Program-made: the position numbers and the translations under genes | Notes under the pieces: model-generated | Databases searched by the model: none | Told to the model about the DNA's origin: nothing | The model's input: the letters and a program-made list of their open reading frames with translations, nothing else | Sequence record: OM135583.1 | From: Escherichia phage EP01 | DNA length: 64,000 bases | Strand: one strand, 5' to 3' | Shown: piece after piece, positions 9,542 through 20,482 of the stretch | How positions within the stretch are numbered: the first letter of the stretch is position 1 | Layout: each line of letters begins with the position of its first letter

Positions 9542-9772
9542 ATGTTACTAGAATTTAAACAATTTCTTTATGAAGCTTCTATTGATGAATTTATGGGTAA
9601 AATTGCCTCTTGTCAAACATTAGAAGGTCTAGAAGAACTTGAAGCTTATTATAAGAAAAGAGTTAAAGAAACTGAATTAAAAGATACTGATGACATCTCT
9701 GTGAGAGATGCTTTGGCAGGAAAAAGAGCTGAATTAGAAGATTCAGACGATGAAGTAGAAGAAAGCTTTTAA
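9542..9772 (+). CDS. uvsW.1: UvsW.1 small acidic protein
   Basis: 76 aa from ATG at 9542 with GGAG SD; the track start at 9530 is TTG. Confidence 0.7.
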   Translation: MLLEFKQFLYEASIDEFMGKIASCQTLEGLEELEAYYKKRVKETELKDTDDISVRDALAGKRAELEDSDDEVEESF

Positions 9773-9781
9773 ATTAAAAAA

Positions 9782-9804
9782 GGCCCAACCAAAAAGGAAG
9801 GGCC
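9782..9804 (-). terminator. candidate terminator downstream of the uvsY operon
   Basis: GGCCC...GGGCC stem (13-nt loop) followed by a U7 run on the - strand. Confidence 0.45.
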
Positions 9805-9827
9805 AAAACTATAGACTAAAGGTCACA

Positions 9828-9995
9828 CTATAGCAAAAGTTGTGTTTCATTTAATTGTTCTTCCGAACTTTCTGAAACTGGTAGTTCTTTAATGTAATTA
9901 TAGCAAGGCCCAGGATGTACAGGACCTTTGTCTGTTTCAACAACCAATGCAGAATCGATTGGAGTTTTACAGACAACACAAATCTTATCTGACAT
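9828..9995 (-). CDS. small Cys-rich protein (T4 uvsY.-2 position)
   Basis: 55-aa ORF not in the track; ATG 9995 with GAGGAG SD 6 nt upstream; CVVC...C motif. Confidence 0.6.
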   Translation of the reverse strand: MSDKICVVCKTPIDSALVVETDKGPVHPGPCYNYIKELPVSESSEEQLNETQLLL

Positions 9996-10020
9996 GATTG
10001 TCTCCTCTAAATTATATATC

Positions 10021-10028
10021 TATTTATA
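10021..10028 (-). promoter_or_regulatory. late promoter TATAAATA (- strand) upstream of the uvsY.-2-like ORF
   Basis: Reverse complement is an exact TATAAATA. Confidence 0.45.
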
Positions 10029-10248
10029 TAACTCTCATATGCATATCAATGCCCATATCTTTAGAATAAAAATATTCATCAAGATATCCGGCAAATTTTC
10101 CTTTAATATAAAGTACATCTTCACCGCATGGGTGGTCGGCCAGGATACGAATATCCTGACGCTTGAGATTATACTTTTTCATTAAGAATTGAATTTCCGT
10201 TTCGAATTCTTCTTCATAATTAAAAGCATCATCAATGCTATATTTCAT
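10024..10248 (-). CDS. hypothetical protein (T4 uvsY.-1 position)
   Basis: 74-aa ORF abutting the uvsY stop. Confidence 0.6.
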   Translation of the reverse strand: MKYSIDDAFNYEEEFETEIQFLMKKYNLKRQDIRILADHPCGEDVLYIKGKFAGYLDEYFYSKDMGIDMHMRVI

Positions 10249-10661
10249 TATTTTCCAGCCTCAAATGCTCGCATGTCTTGAATATGCTTAATAGCAAATC
10301 CACGTGATTTAATAGCATCAAGAGCTCCGCTACAGAAATCCAATAAAATTCCCCAATATTGTAATGAAGTATCAACTTTTAAAACATCCTTATCAGCTGA
10401 TAGAACTGTCTTCATTTCTGATTTCTCATAACGGTCCATACTAAATTCATCACCATCTCCTCGTCCCGAGTAGTAGTCTAATTTAGCTTTAAGAGCAACT
10501 TTTTTCTGTGCATCAATTCTAAGCATTTCCTTTTTAATACTTGAATGCTTATTAAGCCATTTACTATATAACATCACATTATTAGCTGCTTCATACTGTA
10601 ATTTAGTCGAATCTATAAACACATCTTTCTTCAATTCTTCTTGAAGATCTTCTAATCTCAT
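10248..10661 (-). CDS. uvsY: recombination mediator UvsY
   Basis: 137 aa, recognised UvsY sequence; MotA-type middle promoter upstream. Confidence 0.92.
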   Translation of the reverse strand: MRLEDLQEELKKDVFIDSTKLQYEAANNVMLYSKWLNKHSSIKKEMLRIDAQKKVALKAKLDYYSGRGDGDEFSMDRYEKSEMKTVLSADKDVLKVDTSLQYWGILLDFCSGALDAIKSRGFAIKHIQDMRAFEAGK

Positions 10662-10701
10662 ATTGTTCTCTATTCAATTGTTATTGGATGGACTTAGATT
10701 C

Positions 10702-10727
10702 ATTATACCACGTTTACACGTGAAGCA
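10702..10727 (-). promoter_or_regulatory. MotA-dependent middle promoter upstream of uvsY
   Basis: MotA box TGCTTCA, 13-bp spacer, then TATAAT -10, about 40 nt upstream of the uvsY ATG. Confidence 0.65.
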
Positions 10728-11126
10728 TTATACTCTATTACTGGAAGCCAGTTGTAGTTTTATCTGTTCAATATCATCAGGGTTATCGATGACCGAAAAG
10801 CGTATTTCTACTATCAGAGTATAATCATCATAAACTGGTATTACATTAACTGCTAATTTATCAATACGTGGCTCGTAGTTTCTTACTGCGCTTTCGATGT
10901 TACGCTCAACTGTATCAGCAGTAAGAGGAGTCATATTCTCAAAAAGTTGATCAGATAAATCACATCCAAATTCTGGGTCAAAAGGTCTCGACCCCTTTCT
11001 GGTTGTAATAATTCCTAAAAGACTGTTTTTAATTGACCTTAATCCAAGAGATCTGGAAACGTCTTTGTCCCAATCCATTTTCATTTCTGGGTCAATGTCA
11101 GAATAAAGCTTATTAATATTTGCCAT
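10728..11126 (-). CDS. 25: baseplate wedge protein gp25
   Basis: 132 aa, recognised gp25 sequence. Confidence 0.92.
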   Translation of the reverse strand: MANINKLYSDIDPEMKMDWDKDVSRSLGLRSIKNSLLGIITTRKGSRPFDPEFGCDLSDQLFENMTPLTADTVERNIESAVRNYEPRIDKLAVNVIPVYDDYTLIVEIRFSVIDNPDDIEQIKLQLASSNRV

Positions 11127-11752
11127 TACAATAGCTCAAAGAATTCTTTGAGTCCTCTTATTACATGAGCGTGAGATTTTCCACACTCTGGACATTTAAT
11201 TGGAACAGCCAAATAAACAGTAGGCTTTAAAAGCATATCTTTTATAGCTACAATATCTGACTCTGTGATGATAGAATATAAATCTTCCAACTCTTTTTCA
11301 TTTAAGTCTTCAACTGGAATGCTTTCACCGTTAGCATGAATCGTTTCTATACATGATACTATCATGTGGGCTATATTTTTATCATCAAAAATTTTAGGGT
11401 AATGGAACTTAATTTTAATGTCACCCAGTGTATACCAGAGGTCTTCTGGTGCATCTATTTGTGTATGTAATAGATTTATATGGGTTGGTATTTCAGTTCC
11501 ACAGGTGCACTTCCAGGAGTTTTCGTGATTAACTTCTCCAAGAGAATGTGCCCATAAATGAATCAGCAGTAGTTCTGATTCTTGGCGGTTTAAATCTTTT
11601 GCATTTGTGCAGTCTTTGATTAGCTTTTTAACAATCTCTTCGACTGAACCGTTCTTTTTAGCAGTAATAAGTTCTAGATATTCTTTAAGAGTAAATGCGC
11701 GACAGTTGATTATTTTAGAACCAACTCTCACGTCAAATTTGTATTTATACAT
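11126..11752 (-). CDS. 26: baseplate hub protein gp26
   Basis: 208 aa, position and size, divergent from gene 51. Confidence 0.85.
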   Translation of the reverse strand: MYKYKFDVRVGSKIINCRAFTLKEYLELITAKKNGSVEEIVKKLIKDCTNAKDLNRQESELLLIHLWAHSLGEVNHENSWKCTCGTEIPTHINLLHTQIDAPEDLWYTLGDIKIKFHYPKIFDDKNIAHMIVSCIETIHANGESIPVEDLNEKELEDLYSIITESDIVAIKDMLLKPTVYLAVPIKCPECGKSHAHVIRGLKEFFELL

Positions 11753-11773
11753 ATTTAGCTCCTTTATTTATCA

Positions 11774-11785
11774 TATTTATAAATA
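11774..11785. promoter_or_regulatory. overlapping divergent late promoters for genes 26 (-) and 51 (+)
   Basis: 12-bp perfect palindrome TATTTATAAATA reads TATAAATA on both strands. Confidence 0.65.
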
Positions 11786-11802
11786 GAATAAAAGGAGCAT
11801 CT

Positions 11803-12552
11803 ATGGCAAACATTATTCGTTGTAAATTACCAGATGGTGTTCATCGTTTTAAACCATTTACGGTAGAAGATTATCGAGATTTTTTGTTAGTTCGAAACGA
11901 TATAGAACATCGGTCACCACAAGAACAAAAAGAAATAATTGCTGATTTAATTGCCGATTATTTTGGAGACTATCCGAAGACTTGGCAGCCATTTATATTT
12001 TTGCAGGTATTTGTAGGGTCAATAGGTAAAACTAAAGTACCGGTCACATTTGTATGTCCAAAATGTAAAAAAGAAAAGACAGTTCCATTTGAAATATATC
12101 AAAAAGAACTAAAGGAACCTGTTTTTGATGTAGCTAATGTTAAAATTAAATTAAAGTTTCCTTCTGAGTTTTATGAAAATAAAGCAAAGATGATTACTGA
12201 AAATATTCATTCTGTTCAAGTAGATGAAACATGGTATGATTGGAAGGAAATTAGCGAATCAAGTCAAATAGAACTTGTTGACGCCATCGAGATAGAAACA
12301 TTAGAAAAAATTCTCGATGCAATGAATCCTATTAATTTAACATTGCATATGTCGTGTTGTAATAAGTATGTAAAAAAATACACTGATATAGTAGATGTGT
12401 TTAAGCTATTAGTTAACCCAGATGAGATATTTACTTTTTATCAAATTAATCACACACTCGTAAAAAGTAATTATAGTTTAAATTCAATAATGAAAATGAT
12501 TCCTGCCGAGCGCGGATTCGTATTAAAACTGATTGAGAAGGATAAACAATAA
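11803..12552 (+). CDS. 51: baseplate hub assembly protein gp51
   Basis: 249 aa, AAGGAG SD, late promoter upstream. Confidence 0.88.
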   Translation: MANIIRCKLPDGVHRFKPFTVEDYRDFLLVRNDIEHRSPQEQKEIIADLIADYFGDYPKTWQPFIFLQVFVGSIGKTKVPVTFVCPKCKKEKTVPFEIYQKELKEPVFDVANVKIKLKFPSEFYENKAKMITENIHSVQVDETWYDWKEISESSQIELVDAIEIETLEKILDAMNPINLTLHMSCCNKYVKKYTDIVDVFKLLVNPDEIFTFYQINHTLVKSNYSLNSIMKMIPAERGFVLKLIEKDKQ

Positions 12553-13727
12553 TGAGTATGTTGCAACGCCCAGGATATCCAAATCTCAGCGTTAAATTGT
12601 TTGATAGCTACGACGCTTGGAGTAATAATAGATTTGTTGAATTAGCTGCTACTATTACCACATTAACTATGCGGGATTCTCTTTATGGCCGAAATGAAGG
12701 AATGCTGCAGTTTTATGATTCTAAAAATATCCATACAAAAATGGATGGAAATGAAATAATTCAGATTTCTGTAGCTAATGCAAACGATATTAATAATGTT
12801 AAAACAAGAATTTATGGATGTAAGCATTTTTCAGTGTCAGTAGATTCAAAAGGTGATAACATCATTGCTATTGAATTGGGAACTATTCATTCTATAGAAA
12901 ATCTTAAATTTGGCAGACCGTTTTTCCCTGATGCAGGTGAATCTATAAAAGAAATGCTTGGCGTCATTTATCAAGACCGTACGCTATTGACTCCACCTAT
13001 AAATGCTATAAATGCTTATGTTCCTGATATTCCGTGGACTAGTACATTTGAAAACTATTTGTCATATGTCAGAGAAGTTGCTCTAGCTGTAGGAAGTGAC
13101 AAATTTGTGTTTGTGTGGCAAGACATCATGGGAGTTAACATGATGGACTATGATATGATGATAAATCAAGAACCGTATCCAATGATTGTCGGTGAGCCAT
13201 CTTTAATAGGTCAATTCATCCAAGAATTAAAATATCCATTAGCGTATGATTTCGTTTGGTTGACTAAATCGAATCCTCACAAACGCGACCCAATGAAAAA
13301 CGCTACTATCTATGCTCATTCATTTTTGGATTCTTCATTGCCAATGATTACTACAGGAAAAGGCGAAAACTCTATTGTAGTGTCAAGGTCAGGTGCTTAT
13401 TCTGAAATGACTTATAGGAATGGATATGAAGAGGCTATTCGTCTTCAAACTATGGCACAATACGATGGCTATGCTAAATGTTCTACTGTCGGTAATTTTA
13501 ACTTGACACCTGGCGTTAAAATTATTTTTAATGATAGTAAAAACCAATTTAAAACAGAATTTTACGTTGATGAAGTTATCCACGAATTATCCAATAATAA
13601 TTCAGTAACTCATCTATATATGTTCACTAATGCAACGAAACTGGAAACAATAGACCCAGTTAAGGTTAAAAATGAATTTAAATCTGATACTACCACTGAA
13701 GAAAGTAGTTCTTCCAATAAGCAATAA
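12552..13727 (+). CDS. 27: baseplate hub protein gp27
   Basis: 391 aa, T4 order and size. Confidence 0.9.
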   Translation: MSMLQRPGYPNLSVKLFDSYDAWSNNRFVELAATITTLTMRDSLYGRNEGMLQFYDSKNIHTKMDGNEIIQISVANANDINNVKTRIYGCKHFSVSVDSKGDNIIAIELGTIHSIENLKFGRPFFPDAGESIKEMLGVIYQDRTLLTPPINAINAYVPDIPWTSTFENYLSYVREVALAVGSDKFVFVWQDIMGVNMMDYDMMINQEPYPMIVGEPSLIGQFIQELKYPLAYDFVWLTKSNPHKRDPMKNATIYAHSFLDSSLPMITTGKGENSIVVSRSGAYSEMTYRNGYEEAIRLQTMAQYDGYAKCSTVGNFNLTPGVKIIFNDSKNQFKTEFYVDEVIHELSNNNSVTHLYMFTNATKLETIDPVKVKNEFKSDTTTEESSSSNKQ

Positions 13728-14205
13728 AGAAGTTTCTATTCCTAAAATGGGTCTTAAACATTATAACATTTTAAAAGATGTTAAAGGTCCTGATGAAAAT
13801 TTAAAACTTCTTATTGATTCTATTTGTCCGAATTTATCACCGGCAGAAGTTGATTTCGTTTCTATTCATTTATTGGAATTTAATGGAAAGATTAAATCTC
13901 GTAAAGAAATAGATGGTTATACTTATGACATTAATGATGTTTATGTATGCCAAAGATTGGAATTTCAATACCAAGGAAATACATTTTATTTTAGACCGCC
14001 TGGAAAATTTGAACAATTTTCAACTGTGAGCGATATGTTATCCAAATGCTTGCTTAAGGTCAATGATGAAGTTAAAGAAATTAATTTTCTTGAGATGCCA
14101 GCATTCGTTTTAAAATGGGCAAATGATATTTTTACAACTTTAGCAATTCCTGGCCCTAATGGTCCAATAACCGGAATTGGCAATATTATTGGATTATTTG
14201 AATGA
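13672..14205 (+). CDS. 28: baseplate hub distal protein gp28
   Basis: 177 aa, overlaps gene 27 3' end as in T4. Confidence 0.85.
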   Translation: MNLNLILPLKKVVLPISNKEVSIPKMGLKHYNILKDVKGPDENLKLLIDSICPNLSPAEVDFVSIHLLEFNGKIKSRKEIDGYTYDINDVYVCQRLEFQYQGNTFYFRPPGKFEQFSTVSDMLSKCLLKVNDEVKEINFLEMPAFVLKWANDIFTTLAIPGPNGPITGIGNIIGLFE

Positions 14206-15974
14206 AAAAGCCACAAGAAATGCAAACGATGCGTAGAAAAGTTATTTCAGATAATAAACCAACACAGGAAGCGGCTAAATCCGCTTCTAACACTTTATCT
14301 GGACTTAACGATATATCTACGAAATTGGATGATGCTCAAGCTGCTTCTGAATTAATTGCTCAAACTGTCGAAGAAAAATCGAATGAAATAATTGGAGCAA
14401 TTGACAGTGTAGAAAGCGCAGTGAGTGATACTACTGCTGGTTCTGAGTTAATTGCTGAAACTGTCGAAATTGGCAATAATATTAATAAAGAAATCGGTGA
14501 ATCACTCGGGAGCAAATTAGATAAATTAACAAGTTTACTAGAGCAAAAAATTCAGACAGCTGGAATTCAACAGACTGGAACTAGTTTAGCCACAGTTGAA
14601 AGCGCTATTCCTGTTAAAGTTGTTGAGGACGATACAGCTGAATCTGTGGGTCCTTTATTACCAGCTCCTGAAGCAGTTAATAATGATCCTGATGCTGATT
14701 TTTTCCCTACCCCTCAGCCAGTTGAGCCCAAACAAGAATCGCCAGAAGAAAAACAGAAAAAAGACGCATTTAACTTAAAATTATCTCAAGCTTTAGATAA
14801 ATTAACGAAGACTGTTGATTTTGGATTTAAGAAATCCATTTCAATTACTGATAAAATATCAAGCATGCTATTTAAGTATACCGTCAGTGCTGCTATTGAA
14901 GCTGCTAAAATGACTGCAATGATATTGGCTGTTGTTGTCGGAATAGACCTGCTGATGGTTCACTTTAAATATTGGTCAGATAAATTTTCACAGGCTTGGG
15001 ATTTGTTCAGTACAGACTTTACTAAATTCTCTAGCGAAACCGGAACATGGGGTCCTTTATTACAGAGCATCTTTAGTTCTATTGATGAAATTAAAAAATT
15101 CTGGGAAGAGGGAGATTGGGGCGGTTTGACGGTAGCTATTGTAGAAGGGCTTGGAAAGGTTCTTTATAATTTAGGAGAACTTATTCAATTAGGTATGGCT
15201 AAATTATCTGCGGCAATTCTTCGAGTCATTCCTGGTATGAAGGATACTGCTGATGAAGTAGAAGGAAGAGCACTAGAAAATTTCCAAAATTCTACTGGAG
15301 CATCTCTCAATAAAGAAGACCAGGAAAAAGTTGCAAATTATCAAGATAAACGAATGAACGGAGACCTTGGTCCGATAGCAAAAGGATTAGATAAAATTGC
15401 TAATTGGAAAACTCGTGCATCTAACTGGATTCGTGGCGTTGATAATAAAGAAGCACTAACTACCGACGAAGAACGTGCAGCGGAAGAAGAAAAATTAAAG
15501 CAACTTTCACCTGAAGAAAGAAAAAATGCTTTAATGAAGGCTAATGAAGCCCGTGCCGCAATGATTCGCTTTGAAAAATATGCTGATTCAGCTGATATGA
15601 GTAAAGACTCAACGGTTAAATCAGTTGAAGCTGCCTATGAAGACCTTAAAAAACGGATGGATGACCCGGATTTAAATAATTCACCGGCAGTTAAAAAAGA
15701 ACTTGCTGCTAGATTTTCTAAAATTGATGCTACTTATCAAGAGCTCAAGAAAAATCAGCCTAATGCCAAACCTGAAACTTCTGCTAAATCGCCAGAAGCA
15801 AAACAAGTCCAGGTAATAGAAAAGAACAAAGCACAGCAAGCTCCTGTTCAACAAGCATCTCCTTCGATCAATAATACTAATAATGTTGTTAAGAAAAATA
15901 CTGTCGTTCATAATATGACACCCGTAACGAGCACGACTGCTCCTGGTGTATTTGATGCGACTGGAGTTAATTAA
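14202..15974 (+). CDS. 29: baseplate hub / tail length determinator gp29
   Basis: 590 aa, T4 order and size. Confidence 0.9.
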   Translation: MKKPQEMQTMRRKVISDNKPTQEAAKSASNTLSGLNDISTKLDDAQAASELIAQTVEEKSNEIIGAIDSVESAVSDTTAGSELIAETVEIGNNINKEIGESLGSKLDKLTSLLEQKIQTAGIQQTGTSLATVESAIPVKVVEDDTAESVGPLLPAPEAVNNDPDADFFPTPQPVEPKQESPEEKQKKDAFNLKLSQALDKLTKTVDFGFKKSISITDKISSMLFKYTVSAAIEAAKMTAMILAVVVGIDLLMVHFKYWSDKFSQAWDLFSTDFTKFSSETGTWGPLLQSIFSSIDEIKKFWEEGDWGGLTVAIVEGLGKVLYNLGELIQLGMAKLSAAILRVIPGMKDTADEVEGRALENFQNSTGASLNKEDQEKVANYQDKRMNGDLGPIAKGLDKIANWKTRASNWIRGVDNKEALTTDEERAAEEEKLKQLSPEERKNALMKANEARAAMIRFEKYADSADMSKDSTVKSVEAAYEDLKKRMDDPDLNNSPAVKKELAARFSKIDATYQELKKNQPNAKPETSAKSPEAKQVQVIEKNKAQQAPVQQASPSINNTNNVVKKNTVVHNMTPVTSTTAPGVFDATGVN

Positions 15975-15982
15975 GGAATAAT

Positions 15983-17077
15983 ATGGCAATTGTTAAAGAA
16001 ATAACTGCTGATTTAATTAAAAAGTCCGGTGAGAAAATTTCAGCCGGACAGAGTACTAAATCAGAAGTAGCAACTAAAACATACACTGCCCAGTTTCCAA
16101 CTGGGCGTGCTAGTGGTAATGACACTACAGGGGACTTCCAGGTAACAGATCTATATAAGAATGGATTATTATTTACTGCATACAATATGTCATCTAGGGA
16201 TTCTGGAAGTCTTAGATCGATGAGATCTAACTACTCTTCTTCATCTTCGAGTATTTTACGTACAGCCAGAAACACTATTAGTAGTACAGTATCAAAACTA
16301 TCAAATGGATTAATATCAGATAATAATTCAGGAACAATAAGTAAAGCACCTGTTGCAAATATTCTTTTACCAAGATCTAAATCCGATGTTGATACATCAT
16401 CACATAGATTTAATGATGTTCAAGAAAGTCTTATCAGCAGAGGTGGAGGTACTGCCACTGGTGTGCTAAGTAATATTGCTTCAACTGCAGTATTTGGTGC
16501 GCTAGAAAGTATAACGCAAGGTATAATGGCTGATAATAATGAACAGATTTATACGACAGCCAGAAGTATGTATGGTGGTGCTGAAAATAGAACTAAAGTG
16601 TTTACATGGGATTTGACTCCACGTTCAACAGAAGATTTGATGGCTATTATTAATATCTATCAATATTTTAACTATTTTTCTTATGGTGAAACGGGCAAAT
16701 CTCAATATGCTGCTGAAATAAAGGGGTATTTAGATGATTGGTATCGTTCTACATTAATTGAACCTTTATCTCCGGAAGACGCGGCTAAAAATAAAACACT
16801 ATTTGAGAAAATGACATCGAGTTTAACTAACGTTCTAGTAGTTTCAAACCCGACAATTTGGATGGTGAAAAACTTTGGTGCAACATCTAAGTTTGATGGA
16901 AAAACGGAAATATTTGGCCCATGCCAAATACAAAGCATCAGATTTGATAAAACACCTAATGGTAACTTTAACGGATTAGCTATTGCTCCAAACCTCCCTA
17001 GTACATTTACTCTTGAGATTACTATGAGAGAAATTATCACGTTAAACCGTGCTTCTTTATATGCGGGGACTTTTTAA
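15983..17077 (+). CDS. 48: baseplate tail-tube junction protein gp48
   Basis: 364 aa, T4 order and size. Confidence 0.9.
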   Translation: MAIVKEITADLIKKSGEKISAGQSTKSEVATKTYTAQFPTGRASGNDTTGDFQVTDLYKNGLLFTAYNMSSRDSGSLRSMRSNYSSSSSSILRTARNTISSTVSKLSNGLISDNNSGTISKAPVANILLPRSKSDVDTSSHRFNDVQESLISRGGGTATGVLSNIASTAVFGALESITQGIMADNNEQIYTTARSMYGGAENRTKVFTWDLTPRSTEDLMAIINIYQYFNYFSYGETGKSQYAAEIKGYLDDWYRSTLIEPLSPEDAAKNKTLFEKMTSSLTNVLVVSNPTIWMVKNFGATSKFDGKTEIFGPCQIQSIRFDKTPNGNFNGLAIAPNLPSTFTLEITMREIITLNRASLYAGTF

Positions 17078-18042
17078 TGTATTCTTTAGAGGAATTTAAT
17101 AATCAAGCAATAAACGCAGATTTCCAACGTAATAATATGTTTAGCTGCGTTTTTGCGACAACTCCATCAACTAAAAGCTCTTCGTTGATAAGTTCAATTA
17201 GCAACTTTTCTTATAATAACTTGGGCCTAAATTCAGATTGGTTAGGATTAACTCAAGGCGATATTAATCAGGGAATTACCACGCTAATTACTGCTGGCAC
17301 ACAAAAACTGATAAGAAAATCAGGGGTTAGTAAATATCTTATTGGTGCCATGAGTCAACGTACAGTTCAAAGTTTATTGGGCTCATTTACAGTTGGTACA
17401 TATTTAATTGACTTCTTTAACATGGCATATAACTCATCTGGATTGATGATATATTCTGTAAAAATGCCAGAGAATAGATTATCCTATGAAACTGACTGGA
17501 ACTATAATTCTCCTAATATTCGTATAACTGGGAGAGAATTAGACCCTTTGGTTATTTCATTTAGAATGGATTCAGAAGCATGTAATTATCGTGCAATGCA
17601 AGACTGGGTTAACGCTGTTCAAGACCCAGTAACTGGATTGCGTGCTTTGCCACAAGATGTCGAGGCAGATATTCAGGTTAATCTTCATGCTCGTAATGGA
17701 TTACCTCATACTGCGGTGATGTTCACTGGATGCATTCCAGTGTCAGTGAGCGCTCCTGAGTTATCATATGATGGAGATAACCAAATAACTACATTTGATG
17801 TTACTTTTGCGTATAGAGTCATGCAGGCTGGATCGGTTGATAGACAAGCTGCGCTTGAGTGGCTTGAATCTGCTGCTATAAACGGTATTCAAAGCGTTCT
17901 CGGAAATAGTGGAGGTGTTACTGGACTATCTAATTCGCTTTCACGACTTAGTAGATTAGGAGGAACTGCGGGAAGCATTTCAAACATTAATACTATGACG
18001 GGAATTGTCAACTCGCAAAGTAAAATATTAGGAGCAATATAA
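17077..18042 (+). CDS. 54: baseplate tail-tube initiator gp54
   Basis: 321 aa, gp48 paralogue, ends at a strong terminator. Confidence 0.9.
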   Translation: MYSLEEFNNQAINADFQRNNMFSCVFATTPSTKSSSLISSISNFSYNNLGLNSDWLGLTQGDINQGITTLITAGTQKLIRKSGVSKYLIGAMSQRTVQSLLGSFTVGTYLIDFFNMAYNSSGLMIYSVKMPENRLSYETDWNYNSPNIRITGRELDPLVISFRMDSEACNYRAMQDWVNAVQDPVTGLRALPQDVEADIQVNLHARNGLPHTAVMFTGCIPVSVSAPELSYDGDNQITTFDVTFAYRVMQAGSVDRQAALEWLESAAINGIQSVLGNSGGVTGLSNSLSRLSRLGGTAGSISNINTMTGIVNSQSKILGAI

Positions 18043-18046
18043 CAAT

Positions 18047-18076
18047 GGGGACCTTTCGGTCCCCATATTTTTATTT
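18047..18076 (+). terminator. rho-independent terminator after gene 54
   Basis: GGGGACC-UUUC-GGUCCCC hairpin plus T-run. Confidence 0.75.
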
Positions 18077-18361
18077 ACGGAATGAAATAAAAGCAGCAAC
18101 TGAAGCAACTAAACTGTCTTCAATATAAACTTCAATTTTTACCGGAGCTTCTGATTCAAATTTACCTGTTACTACACCATGGAAAATGCTTTCAGTCTGT
18201 TCTGGCTTTGAAAAATTTTCAGAAGGAAAAATTCCGAACTTTTTATCTGTTCCAAAAATTTTGATAAATTCATCGTAAACTGCTTCATTAAAAGCGTTAT
18301 CAGCAGGAATAACGCCTTCAACTACAAGTTCTTGACCTAAAAAGCGTAAAGAAGATTTCAT
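18071..18361 (-). CDS. hypothetical protein (T4 alt.-3 position)
   Basis: 96-aa ORF with AGGA SD and early promoter upstream. Confidence 0.55.
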   Translation of the reverse strand: MKSSLRFLGQELVVEGVIPADNAFNEAVYDEFIKIFGTDKKFGIFPSENFSKPEQTESIFHGVVTGKFESEAPVKIEVYIEDSLVASVAAFISFRK

Positions 18362-18392
18362 TTTGTGTTCCTCATGTTATGTCAGTAAGATT

Positions 18393-18422
18393 ATTATAAC
18401 ACAACACGAGGGACTTGTAAAC
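18393..18422 (-). promoter_or_regulatory. T4-type early promoter (GTTTAC -35, TATAAT -10)
   Basis: - strand GTTTAC, 18-nt spacer, TATAAT, upstream of the alt.-3-position ORF. Confidence 0.6.
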
Positions 18423-20479
18423 TACATTTTGAACTTTTTAGACATTCCGTTGATGTTAATCAAAGAAGCCAAGATTTGAGAAACTTCGTTTTCCTCTTCT
18501 TTTGATTCTTCTACAAGGAATTGATTAAATCCAGCCATTGGACGAACTTCACCAGTTTCCATCAGGTGGTCGCCATCATATACCGATTCTTCTAATTGTT
18601 CAGAAGGAGGAACGATTGTGCCTTCGATTAGATACTTGTTATAAGCAGTTTCTTTCATCATGTACGTACTCACTTTATTAATCTTCAGCAAAATTCCACG
18701 TGGTAAAATAACTTCAGCTTCTGATGGAAATCCTGATAAATGACCCGGAACGATAACTTTGATTCGCTCAGCTCCTTTAATTACCATACCCACGCTAGTT
18801 TCAGCATCTTCATTCGCATAAGCAGAGTGACTGCCCATATGCATCAAATCTTCTGCGTCAACTGAACCTTCTCCTTCACCAGAAAATACTGCACCGGAAT
18901 CATCTAGAGCCATATAGTTTTTACCATACTCACCGAAGATATTTGGTTTAAGCGATGTTGATACGAAGTTCTTGAAATAGAACATTCTATTTTCAATATT
19001 ATGACGTAAAGTTTTAAAGGTAACTTCTTGTCCACGGTAAAGTGTAGTTCCTGGAGGAAGAACTGATCCTTTGGCAAAGGCAGAATCCATTGTCTCGATG
19101 TGTTTAATAGCTCGTTCCATATATTCTTCACGGGTAGAATCTGGTTTACCTAAAAGGAACGAGTTCATTTCAACATATGAATCTGCACAATAATCTTCAA
19201 TTACATCAGACTCAGCCTGAGTTAATCCTTTTGGGGGTACTTCAGTACTTGCATATTCATACGCTTGAGAAGCAGACTCATTAATCAATTTATAAATGCC
19301 ATTCATGACAAATTGAACAATAGCTACCTTTTCATCTGGCGTGGCTTTAGAACCTTTAACTAAATCATTGACGATTTTCTTAATAACATCAAAGCTATTA
19401 GAAATATTAATGTCAGCAAGATCGCTTAAAATTTTATCAGTTTTATAATCAAAAAATTCTTTATTCTTTAAATATTCTTGAGAACCTTGATATGTTATAT
19501 CGCTCTGTAACTTGATAGATGGATCACGTAAACGTGCATGAGCCAATGCAATATGATTTCGGAAGCTTTCTAGTTCATAATCATTAGATTTAAAACGAGA
19601 AGCACTTCTCATACCACCGATAGCTCCTTTGCTGAAGTTTGAACCAACCTGAATAACGCCAGAGTTCATTGGTCCTTCTGCTTTATATACTGGAACTTTA
19701 GATTCAAACTCTTGATATTTCTTAGCAGCGAAGCTATCACCCTGAAGTGAAGCATCGACAGTAGAATATTGAGCTTGTGCTGCTAATCGACGACTAATTT
19801 TAGTTTTCTGAATTACAGCTTGATCCGTGCGCTTATCATTTTCTAAAGCAATAGAAGCAGCAACAGCAACAGCTTTAGGAACAGCATTACCTGTTTTAAC
19901 GTCTACATAAACATCACCAACCTTTGATTCAACTTTTGTGAATAACTCAGTTGAAATAGGAGGTACACCTGGAATGTCTTCTAAATTGGCATTTTTACGG
20001 TAAACCATAATATATGCATATTTCTTATCATAGTCCCAGATTTCCTTTAAAAGAACATATCGACCTGCTCCTTTAGTACGCACTAAACGGTCGGCAATAA
20101 CTTGCATTTGACGAGCAGCGCCATTTGTTTTACTCTTTAATACGCGGAATAGGCATGCGTCAATTTTGTACTGTTTCATTGTTTGAAGAGCAGTATCAAA
20201 AACCGCATTAATGACACCAATTGGATTTCCACCCAAGTTTTTAAGTTTAACTAATGATAGTTTCTCGTTGACACCTATCATTACGATATGCATCATTTTA
20301 TCGCCTGGCTTAACGTTTTTATTTGTATCACCACCAGAGGTGTATGTACAAAATCTAAATCCAGGAAGCACGCTTTCTTCACCGGCTTGAATAGCAAAAA
20401 TTTGAGGTATTTTATGCTTAGGATTTAAGTTAACAACCGGCGCCGAAGCGCCGTCAAATAATTCTGTAATAAGTTCCAT
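18422..20479 (-). CDS. Alt-family ADP-ribosyltransferase paralogue
   Basis: 685 aa; N-terminal ~200 aa near-identical in pattern to the neighbouring alt; ART triad TLYRGQE / FVSTS / EAEVILPRG. Confidence 0.85.
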   Translation of the reverse strand: MELITELFDGASAPVVNLNPKHKIPQIFAIQAGEESVLPGFRFCTYTSGGDTNKNVKPGDKMMHIVMIGVNEKLSLVKLKNLGGNPIGVINAVFDTALQTMKQYKIDACLFRVLKSKTNGAARQMQVIADRLVRTKGAGRYVLLKEIWDYDKKYAYIMVYRKNANLEDIPGVPPISTELFTKVESKVGDVYVDVKTGNAVPKAVAVAASIALENDKRTDQAVIQKTKISRRLAAQAQYSTVDASLQGDSFAAKKYQEFESKVPVYKAEGPMNSGVIQVGSNFSKGAIGGMRSASRFKSNDYELESFRNHIALAHARLRDPSIKLQSDITYQGSQEYLKNKEFFDYKTDKILSDLADINISNSFDVIKKIVNDLVKGSKATPDEKVAIVQFVMNGIYKLINESASQAYEYASTEVPPKGLTQAESDVIEDYCADSYVEMNSFLLGKPDSTREEYMERAIKHIETMDSAFAKGSVLPPGTTLYRGQEVTFKTLRHNIENRMFYFKNFVSTSLKPNIFGEYGKNYMALDDSGAVFSGEGEGSVDAEDLMHMGSHSAYANEDAETSVGMVIKGAERIKVIVPGHLSGFPSEAEVILPRGILLKINKVSTYMMKETAYNKYLIEGTIVPPSEQLEESVYDGDHLMETGEVRPMAGFNQFLVEESKEEENEVSQILASLININGMSKKFKM

Positions 20480-20482
20480 GAT

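Noticed and set aside
9928-10185. 85-aa + strand ORF between uvsW.1 and uvsY
   Set aside because: It overlaps the better-supported - strand uvsY.-1 and uvsY.-2 ORFs and has no SD.
11742-11749. TATAAATA late-promoter octamer (- strand) inside the first codons of gene 26
   Set aside because: It coincides with codons 2-4 (ATG TAT AAA TAC) of gene 26 and is over 600 bp from the next downstream start, so it is most likely coding coincidence; activity not excluded.
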